Of a stretch of DNA of 64,000 bases, positions 18,130-26,626 are shown one piece after another (position 1 is the stretch's first letter; every line of letters begins with the position of its first letter). Under the pieces are notes generated by a model. It did no database searches and had not been told where the DNA came from. It was given only the letters and a program-made list of their open reading frames with translations. Where the stretch lies: IMG/VR virus record IMGVR_UViG_3300042534_000747. One strand, written 5' to 3'. A program made the position numbers and the translations under genes. The stretch comes from a virus.

Positions 18130-18510
18130 ATGATAGAACAAATTACAAAAATTGAAAAAGAAATATGTAATTCATTTTTGGCAATGGATTGTGAATTTGA
18201 AAAAGTAAATGAAATGTTGAAAAGTAAAAAAATAGATAATAATAATGTCTATGCTCATAGTTTGAGTGATACTTCATTTATGATAACACATAAAATGATG
18301 GAAGATTCAAGTGAAGATATTATTTTTATTGTACATGTGAATCCTACAAGAATTTTATTGATTGATACAAACAGGTATTATAGTGGGAAAAATACATATA
18401 TAAAAAATGCAATTTTCAGTAGTTGGTGGAATTTTACACCTACATTTGATACTTACTATGTAAGACATTTTTTAATAGCATTCAATATTGTGAAAAGTTT
18501 AGTTGAATAA
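18130..18510 (+). CDS. Hypothetical protein
   Basis: 126-aa open frame. Confidence 0.65.
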   Translation: MIEQITKIEKEICNSFLAMDCEFEKVNEMLKSKKIDNNNVYAHSLSDTSFMITHKMMEDSSEDIIFIVHVNPTRILLIDTNRYYSGKNTYIKNAIFSSWWNFTPTFDTYYVRHFLIAFNIVKSLVE

Positions 18511-18567
18511 TTTTATAATGAAACGTTTATATATACCGAAACACTATCTATCATTTGTAATATAATT

Positions 18568-18625
18568 AGTTTTCAGAAAATACTAACGATATAACTGCAA
18601 CTTATACTCCGTTTTTCTGAAAACT
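18568..18625 (+). ncRNA. Candidate hairpin sRNA
   Basis: Perfect 13-bp stem AGTTTTCAGAAAA/TTTTCTGAAAACT, TTTATATA ~30 bp upstream, T-tracts downstream. Confidence 0.4.
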
Positions 18626-18724
18626 TATTTTATATTTTAATGATTGTTTTTTTCTTTAAATGCTTTTTTATATCATAACAGTTGTTATTAGTATGCTTTT
18701 ATTGAAATTAAAGAGGAACGTATA

Positions 18725-19150
18725 ATGGTATCAAATATTGAAAGACTTGAAAAGTTATTGAGTGTTCTTGAAGTGATGGATATTTCATCTGAAAGTTTAT
18801 ATTATGCAAATCTAGATGATGTTACACATATTGCTTTTAACAAAGAAGTTGGTTTCTTATTGAAAGATTTAGGGTATGAAGCACATGAAACAAATCCTAG
18901 ATTTTTCTTACATGATGATATTAAAGTTTTAGTGAAAGCTAGAAAATTACTCAAAAATGTATTAGACAATGCTAAAATTAGAAGTAATATAGGAATTCGT
19001 AATGTAAAATTAGAAGTTATTAAATCTACATATCAATATCCTAGACAAGAAGATTTAATTTATCAATTTGATAATTTAGTAATTCAAGATTTAAAAATAT
19101 TGTTGAATTTCATACATGAATGGGATGAATTAGAAAATAATCTACAATAA
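18725..19150 (+). CDS. Hypothetical protein
   Basis: GAGGA RBS; 141-aa open frame. Confidence 0.7.
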   Translation: MVSNIERLEKLLSVLEVMDISSESLYYANLDDVTHIAFNKEVGFLLKDLGYEAHETNPRFFLHDDIKVLVKARKLLKNVLDNAKIRSNIGIRNVKLEVIKSTYQYPRQEDLIYQFDNLVIQDLKILLNFIHEWDELENNLQ

Positions 19151-19207
19151 TATTTTTATAATAGTAAATAGTATAGTAATTTGTGAAATTGAGGGGATTT
19201 TACGAAA

Positions 19208-19244
19208 GTAACATGTCTATATTAGGCATGTTACAATTCTTTTT
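19208..19244 (+). terminator. 12-bp hairpin followed by T-tract
   Basis: GTAACATGTCTA-TAT-TAGGCATGTTAC then AATTCTTTTT. Confidence 0.5.
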
Positions 19245-19510
19245 ACAAATGTATTTATATTATCGTGTATTAATAAATAGTGAAGATAGTTCAAAGATTT
19301 GATAAAAATCAACAATTCAGTAAATTGAGAACTTATTAGAATTGAACTATCTTCAACATGAATACTTTTATATATATCTTTTACTATTATGGAAGTAGAG
19401 ATAATTCGTAAATAAGAACATCTTGAATGTTCACTTGGAAACACACAAAATCGAATTATCTCTGACTCCTTTTAGATATGTTTATATATGATTAGTTACA
19501 TTAGTTAACT

Positions 19511-19590
19511 TGAAGATAATCCAGTTGGTTTATTATTAATTTATTTAAAAAATATAGTGTTATTAACTGGTTAGTTTTGGATTATCTTCA
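19511..19590 (+). ncRNA. Candidate hairpin sRNA
   Basis: Perfect 13-bp stem TGAAGATAATCCA/TGGATTATCTTCA starting ~23 nt after TTTATATA (19481-19488). Confidence 0.45.
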
Positions 19591-19698
19591 CCATACTCCT
19601 TATTTTAGCAAATGCTTATATATTATTAGTGTATAGTATTTGATTGTTAATAATTATGATATAGTCATACTGATTATATTTTATTAGGAAGTTATAAA

Positions 19699-20103
19699 AT
19701 GAAAGAAGATATTTTGAAAATATTTATAGAAAAAATGAATGAGTACAATGAGTTGGTAGATAAGTATAATGAAGATGCTGATGAATACAATGAGTTGGTA
19801 GATGAGTATAATGCATTTACTCATGAATTTAATGTAATGACAAGGGCTATGCAGGAATCATCAAGGGTGCAGAATAAATTGCAAATATATTTTGATGAAA
19901 CTGATAGATTAGGCAAGCCACTTTTGAAGATGGGAAAGGATATTGAATGTTATATTGATGATATGACATCTTTTATGAAAATGAATAAAAATGTAATTAC
20001 TGAAAGCAATCTTGAAGAATATAGAAATGTTAAAACATCGTTTATAGACTTTAAGAATTATTGTAATGTTAATAATGTAATTGTATATGGAATGTTGGCA
20101 TAG
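19699..20103 (+). CDS. Acidic coiled-coil protein with internal 14-aa repeat
   Basis: EYNELVDKYN/EYNELVDEYN. Confidence 0.7.
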   Translation: MKEDILKIFIEKMNEYNELVDKYNEDADEYNELVDEYNAFTHEFNVMTRAMQESSRVQNKLQIYFDETDRLGKPLLKMGKDIECYIDDMTSFMKMNKNVITESNLEEYRNVKTSFIDFKNYCNVNNVIVYGMLA

Positions 20104-20454
20104 GTGATTGAAATGGATGAAAACACAATTGAAAGGCAATTGATAGTATTTATTAGATTGGAAGAAATATTTTATGATGAAATTGATGCATTTTCAGATA
20201 ATTTGCAATATAATAATGTTGATGAAATAAATAAGGATATACAGGTTAAAATTGTGAATTTCCTTGTTGTATTGAATAATTTTAAAAAGTCAATTAATGA
20301 TATATTTGAAACAATGGATAATGGTGCAATTTTTGTAAATCTTGAAACTCATATTGATTTGAAAACAAAACTTAAAATGCACATGAATTCAATAGAAGAA
20401 GTTGAAAAGATGATAAATGATTTTTCTATAGAGCTAAATAATAAATTTCTTTAA
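20104..20454 (+). CDS. Acidic helical protein (start probably ATG 20113)
   Basis: AGGTGA RBS overlapping the upstream TAG. Confidence 0.7.
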   Translation: MIEMDENTIERQLIVFIRLEEIFYDEIDAFSDNLQYNNVDEINKDIQVKIVNFLVVLNNFKKSINDIFETMDNGAIFVNLETHIDLKTKLKMHMNSIEEVEKMINDFSIELNNKFL

Positions 20455-20457
20455 TGG

Positions 20458-20871
20458 ATGGTATTTATGTCTGATTTAGTTATAAAATTTGCAGAAATGA
20501 TTAAAATACATAATGATTTGCTTAAAATGGATAATGCAGTTACAGATGAATATAATATTAGGTTGAATGAATTAATGAATTATATATCTAATATCAATTT
20601 TGAAAATGTAGATGATGAATTCATGGTTGAATTTGTAGAAGAAAAAGATAAATTGATTGATAATGTTAAAGAGATTGCAGTTCATTTGTTGAATTCAAGT
20701 ACATCTTTGTATGAGCATGTTTTTAAAATGGTTGATTTTATGGTTGAGCATAAGGGTGAATTGTTCAATGGAGATGAATCGGCAATCAATGATTTTAGGA
20801 ATGTATTGGAATCTTATTCTAAAAGTATTGAAGTTGCTAAAAATGCAATTAATATGAATAGCAATGCTTAA
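20458..20871 (+). CDS. Acidic helical protein
   Basis: Open frame; heptad-like pattern. Confidence 0.7.
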   Translation: MVFMSDLVIKFAEMIKIHNDLLKMDNAVTDEYNIRLNELMNYISNINFENVDDEFMVEFVEEKDKLIDNVKEIAVHLLNSSTSLYEHVFKMVDFMVEHKGELFNGDESAINDFRNVLESYSKSIEVAKNAINMNSNA

Positions 20872-20925
20872 ATATCATTAGAGCCATTCATTATAATGTA
20901 ATATAATGAATAATTAATAAAGAAC

Positions 20926-21669
20926 ATGCAATTGTTTAGGCAATTGCTTTTTTTATATTATTTTGGATTGAACTTAAATATTAGAAGATACACTCATTGT
21001 ATTGCAAAAAACAAAACGAATAACGGTGAAGTAATGAAAGTTAACAATTCAATAAGCATTGAAAATAGTGAAATTAATGAAGAACAAGTTGTAATGAAAC
21101 TTGAAAAATTTGATATCAATGATATTAAAGATACTAGTATTCAAGAAATGAGTGAAATTTGCACAAATAATGCAGACCTTAATAAAGTAATTGTTGAAGG
21201 GAAAAATTCATTTATTAATTATGAAAATTGGAAACAGATTTATGATTATAAGGGCTTTGAATTTGAAATAGGTATGTTGTCTAGTTACAGAATTGTATTT
21301 AGAGAAAAGGAACAAGTTAATGTATTTAGATTGCCACATACAAGTTTCTTCTTTGTGAAGCCATCCTTTAATTTGAATAGATTAGCTCATTTTGTAGAAT
21401 ATTTATATTCTGGTGGATTTATTAGTGAAGATATGTATATGAAATTTAATGATTATACAGAAGAAGAATTAATTAATACTATTTTTGATAAAAAAGTATA
21501 TTTTGCTAAGTCTAATTATGATAAGGATGAAATTTCAAAGTTGCAAAATGTTATTAAAGATATAATTAGTGCAATTGATTATTTATCTGCTGAAGTTCCT
21601 CTTCAAATAGAAGAAGATATCACGAATTTGAGTGATAAGAAAAAGGAAATATTAGCTTTGTTCTGCTAA
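20926..21669 (+). CDS. Hypothetical protein (true start probably MKVNN after ACGGTGA)
   Basis: Long open frame. Confidence 0.65.
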   Translation: MQLFRQLLFLYYFGLNLNIRRYTHCIAKNKTNNGEVMKVNNSISIENSEINEEQVVMKLEKFDINDIKDTSIQEMSEICTNNADLNKVIVEGKNSFINYENWKQIYDYKGFEFEIGMLSSYRIVFREKEQVNVFRLPHTSFFFVKPSFNLNRLAHFVEYLYSGGFISEDMYMKFNDYTEEELINTIFDKKVYFAKSNYDKDEISKLQNVIKDIISAIDYLSAEVPLQIEEDITNLSDKKKEILALFC

Positions 21670-21709
21670 TTTTCTTTTTTAAAAAAATAAAAAATTAAAA
21701 AAATAAATT

Positions 21710-22030
21710 TTAATTCTGTTCTAAATTATTATATATTCCTTTCCAGTATGAATCTGGTCTAGGCATTCCAAAGTCATATCCTAGCATAATCATATCTGAA
21801 TCCTTATTAATTGCATATACCTTAAATGAATCTTCACATGGGATTACAGTTTTACTTTTTATAATTTCATCTTCATATTCAGGATTTATCAATACCACAT
21901 CTTCAATTGGTGTATCAATAAAATCTCCTGCAAGAATCATTTCTGATTTCATTGTTGTATAATTATGTTTTTGACTAAAAATTTCATAAACAATTATTCC
22001 AATTACTTTTTCTCTAAATATTTCTACCAT
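21710..22030 (-). CDS. Hypothetical protein
   Basis: GGAGA RBS; own TATA. Confidence 0.65.
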   Translation of the reverse strand: MVEIFREKVIGIIVYEIFSQKHNYTTMKSEMILAGDFIDTPIEDVVLINPEYEDEIIKSKTVIPCEDSFKVYAINKDSDMIMLGYDFGMPRPDSYWKGIYNNLEQN

Positions 22031-22167
22031 TTTGTATTCTCCATTAGTATTAACAATTCAACTAATGTAGTGGAATGTATATAAAGTTACTTGTTAATTC
22101 AAATTTATTTATAAAAATAACAAAATGATTTAAATAGGAGAAAAGACATTCATTTAGTAGTGATTTA

Positions 22168-22605
22168 ATGTATAAAAAAATATATGAGCAATTATTGTTT
22201 GATTATTTAGTGTTTGAAGATTATATGTATATTTCTAAGTATGATTTGTCAAATGTTAATTTGAATGAAGAAATTATGATTTCAAAAAATACTTCTATTA
22301 TTTTGGGATTGTTAAAAATTAATATTGGTCATAAATTGGTGAAAAATTCAGCTATTGCAAGTTGGGGATTTTTTGTTAAAGTTGGGGATATTATTAGAAA
22401 TGTAGATGTAATTGAAAATATGCATGAAGAGTTAATTGCACCTTGCTTTGAGTATGTTGAAATGATGGAAGATGCTACAGAATGCCAAATTGAAGATTAT
22501 GAAGATAAATTAGATGATGTTATTGTGGAATTTATGAGCAAATATTATAAAAAAATAGATAGTAAAGAAAATAATTATGAACTTAATTTTTTTGCAAATG
22601 AATGA
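22168..22605 (+). CDS. Acidic hypothetical protein
   Basis: Open frame; ATGAGATA-AT-TATCTCAT palindrome at the convergent stop. Confidence 0.65.
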   Translation: MYKKIYEQLLFDYLVFEDYMYISKYDLSNVNLNEEIMISKNTSIILGLLKINIGHKLVKNSAIASWGFFVKVGDIIRNVDVIENMHEELIAPCFEYVEMMEDATECQIEDYEDKLDDVIVEFMSKYYKKIDSKENNYELNFFANE

Positions 22606-22610
22606 GATAA

Positions 22611-23033
22611 TTATCTCATTACTTTTTTCATATGAATTCCTGTGAATTTTGTTAGATGGTTTAGATACATCTTGTTTATTGTAGGGATGTTATTAAAGGT
22701 TGAATTAGGCGTTTCACGGATGTAAATTATGTATGTTATATGTTCACCATCACCATTGAATATTTTATTCTCATAACGCTTTATTTTGAAGCCTTTTGAT
22801 TTTAGAATGCTGATGTATTTATTTGAAATTCTTCTTAGCAGTTTAATTTGCTCTTCATCAGTATTTTTTACACTTGGAAAATCAATACGTTCAATTTCAC
22901 GATAAATTAAATTGCCAAATAGCTTTAATGCATTTGGTTTATAGCATGATAAATAATAATCATTTAGCTCTGCATTTGTAAAGGTATCTATGGATTTACC
23001 TCTCCATGTATTGCTTCTTGCAAACTTTTCCAT
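22611..23033 (-). CDS. Basic hypothetical protein
   Basis: AAGGTG RBS; own TATA. Confidence 0.65.
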   Translation of the reverse strand: MEKFARSNTWRGKSIDTFTNAELNDYYLSCYKPNALKLFGNLIYREIERIDFPSVKNTDEEQIKLLRRISNKYISILKSKGFKIKRYENKIFNGDGEHITYIIYIRETPNSTFNNIPTINKMYLNHLTKFTGIHMKKVMR

Positions 23034-23175
23034 ACACCTTAATAGTATTTAAGATATATAAGGATTGTTGCTAAATTTAGAAAAGGTTTAAATACTAATG
23101 ATACTTTGCATTGTATTGCTAAAAAAGTAATAATACCCCTTTGTTTCCATTGGAGTAATATATTTATATATAAAA

Positions 23176-23457
23176 TTATCTCTCTTCATCTATTACTTTT
23201 CTAATTTCATAAAATACAGGATTTTTAAGAAATGCTTCATATTGTTCTAATTCTTTACCTGTTCTAATACAAAATTCGTGACCAAACATAAGATGCATAC
23301 CTAAATCTGAATCATCTTCAAATTGTTCATCACATAGTGTACATTTATAGATATTATCTTCAGAATCATCACATAGGCATTCTTCAAACATTAGATGCAT
23401 TGATAAATCATTATCATCTTCATAAATTTCATTGCATAATTTACATTTATAGCCCAT
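23176..23457 (-). CDS. Two C2H2-type zinc fingers
   Basis: CKLC..LSMHLMFEEC and CTLC..LGMHLMFGH. Confidence 0.65.
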   Translation of the reverse strand: MGYKCKLCNEIYEDDNDLSMHLMFEECLCDDSEDNIYKCTLCDEQFEDDSDLGMHLMFGHEFCIRTGKELEQYEAFLKNPVFYEIRKVIDEER

Positions 23458-23525
23458 AATATCACTTCAATATTTAGATTTACAACCACATTTTTCACAA
23501 AATTTCCAATTAATATTTCCAAGAA

Positions 23526-23735
23526 TCATTTTTTCACATCTTTGTATTTTAAAAATTTACTAAATAAATTATCTTCAGAATTAATTATCATGAAATCAAA
23601 TTCAGGATTTTGTTCAATAATTTCATCCATTAAAGCAATTTTATTTCTTGTTATTTCTGGTTTGAAAACATCATTAATATGTTCTTGTATTTTTGAATTT
23701 TTTATAAATTCCATGATTTTATCCATAGTATTCAC
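23526..23735 (-). CDS. Hypothetical protein (start probably MDKIM, TTGTAGGTGA leader)
   Basis: Promoter nearly identical to that at 11092-11150. Confidence 0.65.
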   Translation of the reverse strand: MNTMDKIMEFIKNSKIQEHINDVFKPEITRNKIALMDEIIEQNPEFDFMIINSEDNLFSKFLKYKDVKK

Positions 23736-23781
23736 CTACAATGAAGTAGTAGGGTTTCAAAGTATTTAAGTGTTTGTTAAA

Positions 23782-24141
23782 TTACTCATTTTCTAATAAA
23801 AATTCAATATTTTCAATTGCTAGAAAGAAATCTCTAATTAATCCAATTTTATAATCAGTGATATATTTTTCATCAAAAATTGCTTCTCCTTCATGAGTGA
23901 TGAGCAAGGGATTTGTTGAAAAATCAAATGTTGGATAATATAATGATTCTATTATTGTGGCATTAATGATTGTTTCTTTTATACCATTATAGCAATGTCT
24001 TTCATGAGAAAATGCCTTACATTCATCATCTTCAACAATTCCTTTTTCTTTTACAAGTTTTTCAATTCTTTTAAATGAGTTAATTTTAGATATAAATTCA
24101 TTTTGAATTTTCAAATTAATTTCATCAATAAATGTTGTCAT
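23782..24141 (-). CDS. Hypothetical protein
   Basis: Own TATA; open frame. Confidence 0.65.
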   Translation of the reverse strand: MTTFIDEINLKIQNEFISKINSFKRIEKLVKEKGIVEDDECKAFSHERHCYNGIKETIINATIIESLYYPTFDFSTNPLLITHEGEAIFDEKYITDYKIGLIRDFFLAIENIEFLLENE

Positions 24142-24292
24142 TATTTTTACTTCCGATTGTAAGAAATGACATTAATGATATTTAAGTGTTTGTTAAAAAA
24201 AGAAAAAAAGAAAATGGTAGATTTTATGGAGGTAGGTTTATGGAGGTATAAACATGCTATAATTGTTACTTGTTGTATTTAAAAGTATCTTT

Positions 24293-24523
24293 TTAGAAAT
24301 CAATATTACTTGATTGATATGTAATTGTTTTTGTGGTATAATTAAATCCAAATTTATTAATTGTAGAAATAATATCACTAATTGTTTGTGGCATACTCTT
24401 TATTGTTGATTCAATTGCATTTACTATATCATAATCATCAAATGAAAATGTATATACTTTGTTGTTATCAATTGCCTTTATTTTATTATTCATAAATTTT
24501 ACTTGTCTAATCATAATTATCAC
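24293..24523 (-). CDS. Hypothetical protein
   Basis: TAAGGTGA RBS; own TATA. Confidence 0.6.
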   Translation of the reverse strand: MIIMIRQVKFMNNKIKAIDNNKVYTFSFDDYDIVNAIESTIKSMPQTISDIISTINKFGFNYTTKTITYQSSNIDF

Positions 24524-24629
24524 CTTACAATGACATGAATGGTAGTCATATTATTTAAGTTTTGTTATTTTTTGTTATAGAATTATATTTAGTTAGGACT
24601 ATATAAAGTTAGTTGTAACGTATATGAAC

Positions 24630-24708
24630 AAAAAAAGTATTGACAAATGAAGGTTAAGTATCAAACGTTATCGTGCTTAGGAATTTTGATACTTAACCAA
24701 ATAATAAC
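24630..24708 (-). ncRNA. Candidate hairpin sRNA
   Basis: Perfect 14-bp stem (24652-24665/24685-24698), TTTATATA upstream on - strand, T-run downstream. Confidence 0.45.
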
Positions 24709-24750
24709 AATACATATAATGTATGTTATATTATATAAATGTTTTGTTGA

Positions 24751-25182
24751 TTAACATTCAACTGTTGTGAAGTAGAATAAATTGCTTCTTTTTAATTCAG
24801 GTTCAGGTTCTACTTCAATTTTGGTATATTTAGATATTACAGGTTCAATAATTTTAACTTTTTCAACTTCAATGGGTTTGGTATGTCTAGGTTCATTATT
24901 TTTAGGGTTTTGAATTGGAATATTAACTTTAACAACTTCAGTGAGTATTTCATCCTTCATTTTACATTGAGGACAATTAGTATTATAAACACGTTCTGTT
25001 TTTATGTAAGTTGTTAATTTAGGATTTTCATCTTTTGTTACAATTTTTAAAAATCCTCTTGATTCAAGACTAATAATGGTGATTCTAGAAATATTTACAT
25101 CAACTGATGATTTTGGTTTGTTAAACGAAAATTTTATCAATGCTTCTTTTTGAGCAGAAGTTAATGTTATTTGGTTTTTCAT
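24751..25182 (-). CDS. Possible winged-helix DNA-binding protein
   Basis: LTSAQKEALIKF..ISRITIISLESRGFLKIV. Confidence 0.5.
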   Translation of the reverse strand: MKNQITLTSAQKEALIKFSFNKPKSSVDVNISRITIISLESRGFLKIVTKDENPKLTTYIKTERVYNTNCPQCKMKDEILTEVVKVNIPIQNPKNNEPRHTKPIEVEKVKIIEPVISKYTKIEVEPEPELKRSNLFYFTTVEC

Positions 25183-25262
25183 GAAACTACACCGTTTTTA
25201 AATACAAGCCAATGTCTTGTATTAATAGTATATAAAGTTAATTGAGAATTAGAAATTATAAC

Positions 25263-25354
25263 TTATGATAAATTGGGTTCTACAGATTAGGAGTTCAAAA
25301 CAATACACGCAATATATCATTTTTTATTTTTTAATACATCCCAATTTATCATAA
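25263..25354. repeat. Perfect 15-bp inverted repeat with 62-nt loop
   Basis: TTATGATAAATTGGG/CCCAATTTATCATAA. Confidence 0.8.
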
Positions 25355-25416
25355 ATCATTAATTCGTTTTTTAATTCGTTTTTTAATTCGTTTTTTCTGT
25401 TGATGGTTATTTGCAT
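25324..25416 (-). CDS. Candidate 30-aa peptide with KNEL repeats
   Basis: MQITINRKNELKNELKNELMIYDKLGCIKK; TATA at ~25448-25455; encoded by 3x12-bp tandem repeat. Confidence 0.35.
   Translation of the reverse strand: MQITINRKNELKNELKNELMIYDKLGCIKK
25361..25396. repeat. Three perfect 12-bp tandem repeats (AATTCGTTTTTT)
   Basis: Direct reading. Confidence 0.9.
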
Positions 25417-25483
25417 CCTTCAACAATACATACAATGGGATGCATATTATTTAAAACTTTTGCTCAATTTGAATAAAAAGAGA

Positions 25484-26569
25484 TTATTTTCCCTTTTTAT
25501 TTTTAATTATTATGCCTAATGTAAGAATGAATATTAAAGAGCCTAATAAAATATATGATTTAATATCTTCCTGTTCTATTATTGCATTTGTATTAACATC
25601 TTCATTTAGGGATTCATTCACTGATTCATTCACTGATTCATTTTCTGTTTGGGTTATTGGAGTTGAGTCAGAGTCAGATGAAGTTTTAGGAATAACTATA
25701 AATTGTTGTAATGTAGGGTATGCATTTTCTTCTATCTTCCATGTATTGTCAAAATCCCAATCAGTGTAGGTTGTTATTGTTTGCATTTCAGATGTTGATT
25801 TTGGAGTTCCTGCATCTGTATCTGTGCATCCTGTGACTGTTGAATCATAGTAAGATGATGTAATTGTGTTTCCTACTAAAGTATATTCTTTTTCAACTGA
25901 ATAACCAATTAATCCATTAGTGCTTTTTCCATCATTAATACCATATGAATTAGTTACATTGGAATTTATCATGTAACCTACAAGACTACCTGTAACAAAA
26001 TCTCCATCAATTGTTACATTGGCATATGAATCTTCGATATTTAAATATCTTGCATTTCCTATTAATCCTCCACATGCGTTATTTTTAGATGTGACTTTAC
26101 CTGATGTAAAACATTGTGAAATATCACTATGTTCAATATGTCCTGCTATAATTCCTACATTATCATATCCTGTAATGTCTGCATTTGTTAATTGTAAATT
26201 AGTTATTGTAGCTCCTGTGGTTGTTCCAAACAAACCAACATTATTTTCAGTAGGTCTATTAATGTACAAGTTGCTAATTGTGTAGCCATTGCCATCAAAT
26301 GTACCTATGAAGTATTCACCTGCATCTTCACTTCCTATAGGGTTAAATCCTGCTCCTTCATTCCATGTTGAAGTTTCGGATGCATCTATGTTTACTGTTA
26401 GTATGAAGTTTCCGTCATGGTCATTATTTATGGCTTGTAATTTTTCTAAAGTATCTATTTCAATAGGTGAATCTGTAATATTGCCTAATAATAAATTACC
26501 TGAAAAAAGACAAATACCTAAAAATATAATTGCAATTATTGATATTTTGTCAATTTTTATATCTTTCAT
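25484..26569 (-). CDS. Membrane-anchored GLUG-motif surface protein
   Basis: Signal peptide; NNVGLFG, DNVGIIAG, CGGLIG, TGSLVG repeats; C-terminal TM plus basic tail. Confidence 0.8.
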   Translation of the reverse strand: MKDIKIDKISIIAIIFLGICLFSGNLLLGNITDSPIEIDTLEKLQAINNDHDGNFILTVNIDASETSTWNEGAGFNPIGSEDAGEYFIGTFDGNGYTISNLYINRPTENNVGLFGTTTGATITNLQLTNADITGYDNVGIIAGHIEHSDISQCFTSGKVTSKNNACGGLIGNARYLNIEDSYANVTIDGDFVTGSLVGYMINSNVTNSYGINDGKSTNGLIGYSVEKEYTLVGNTITSSYYDSTVTGCTDTDAGTPKSTSEMQTITTYTDWDFDNTWKIEENAYPTLQQFIVIPKTSSDSDSTPITQTENESVNESVNESLNEDVNTNAIIEQEDIKSYILLGSLIFILTLGIIIKNKKGK

Positions 26570-26626
26570 AATATATAATAAATTTTATAAGTATATAAAG
26601 GTTTTTGGAACAAAAAAGAAAAAAAG

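Noticed and set aside
19217-19444. 75-aa - strand ORF
   Set aside because: No clear RBS or promoter, atypical composition, and it ends inside a terminator-like hairpin; cannot be supported
20101-20112. Pyrrolysine read-through fusing 19699..20103 and 20104..20454
   Set aside because: The TAG is part of an AGGTGA RBS correctly spaced before ATG 20113, a simpler explanation
24652-24698. Integron attC sites for this and the other long hairpins
   Set aside because: GTTRRRY and RYYYAAC occur in the reverse order to attC, other hairpins lack them, and they do not follow each cassette
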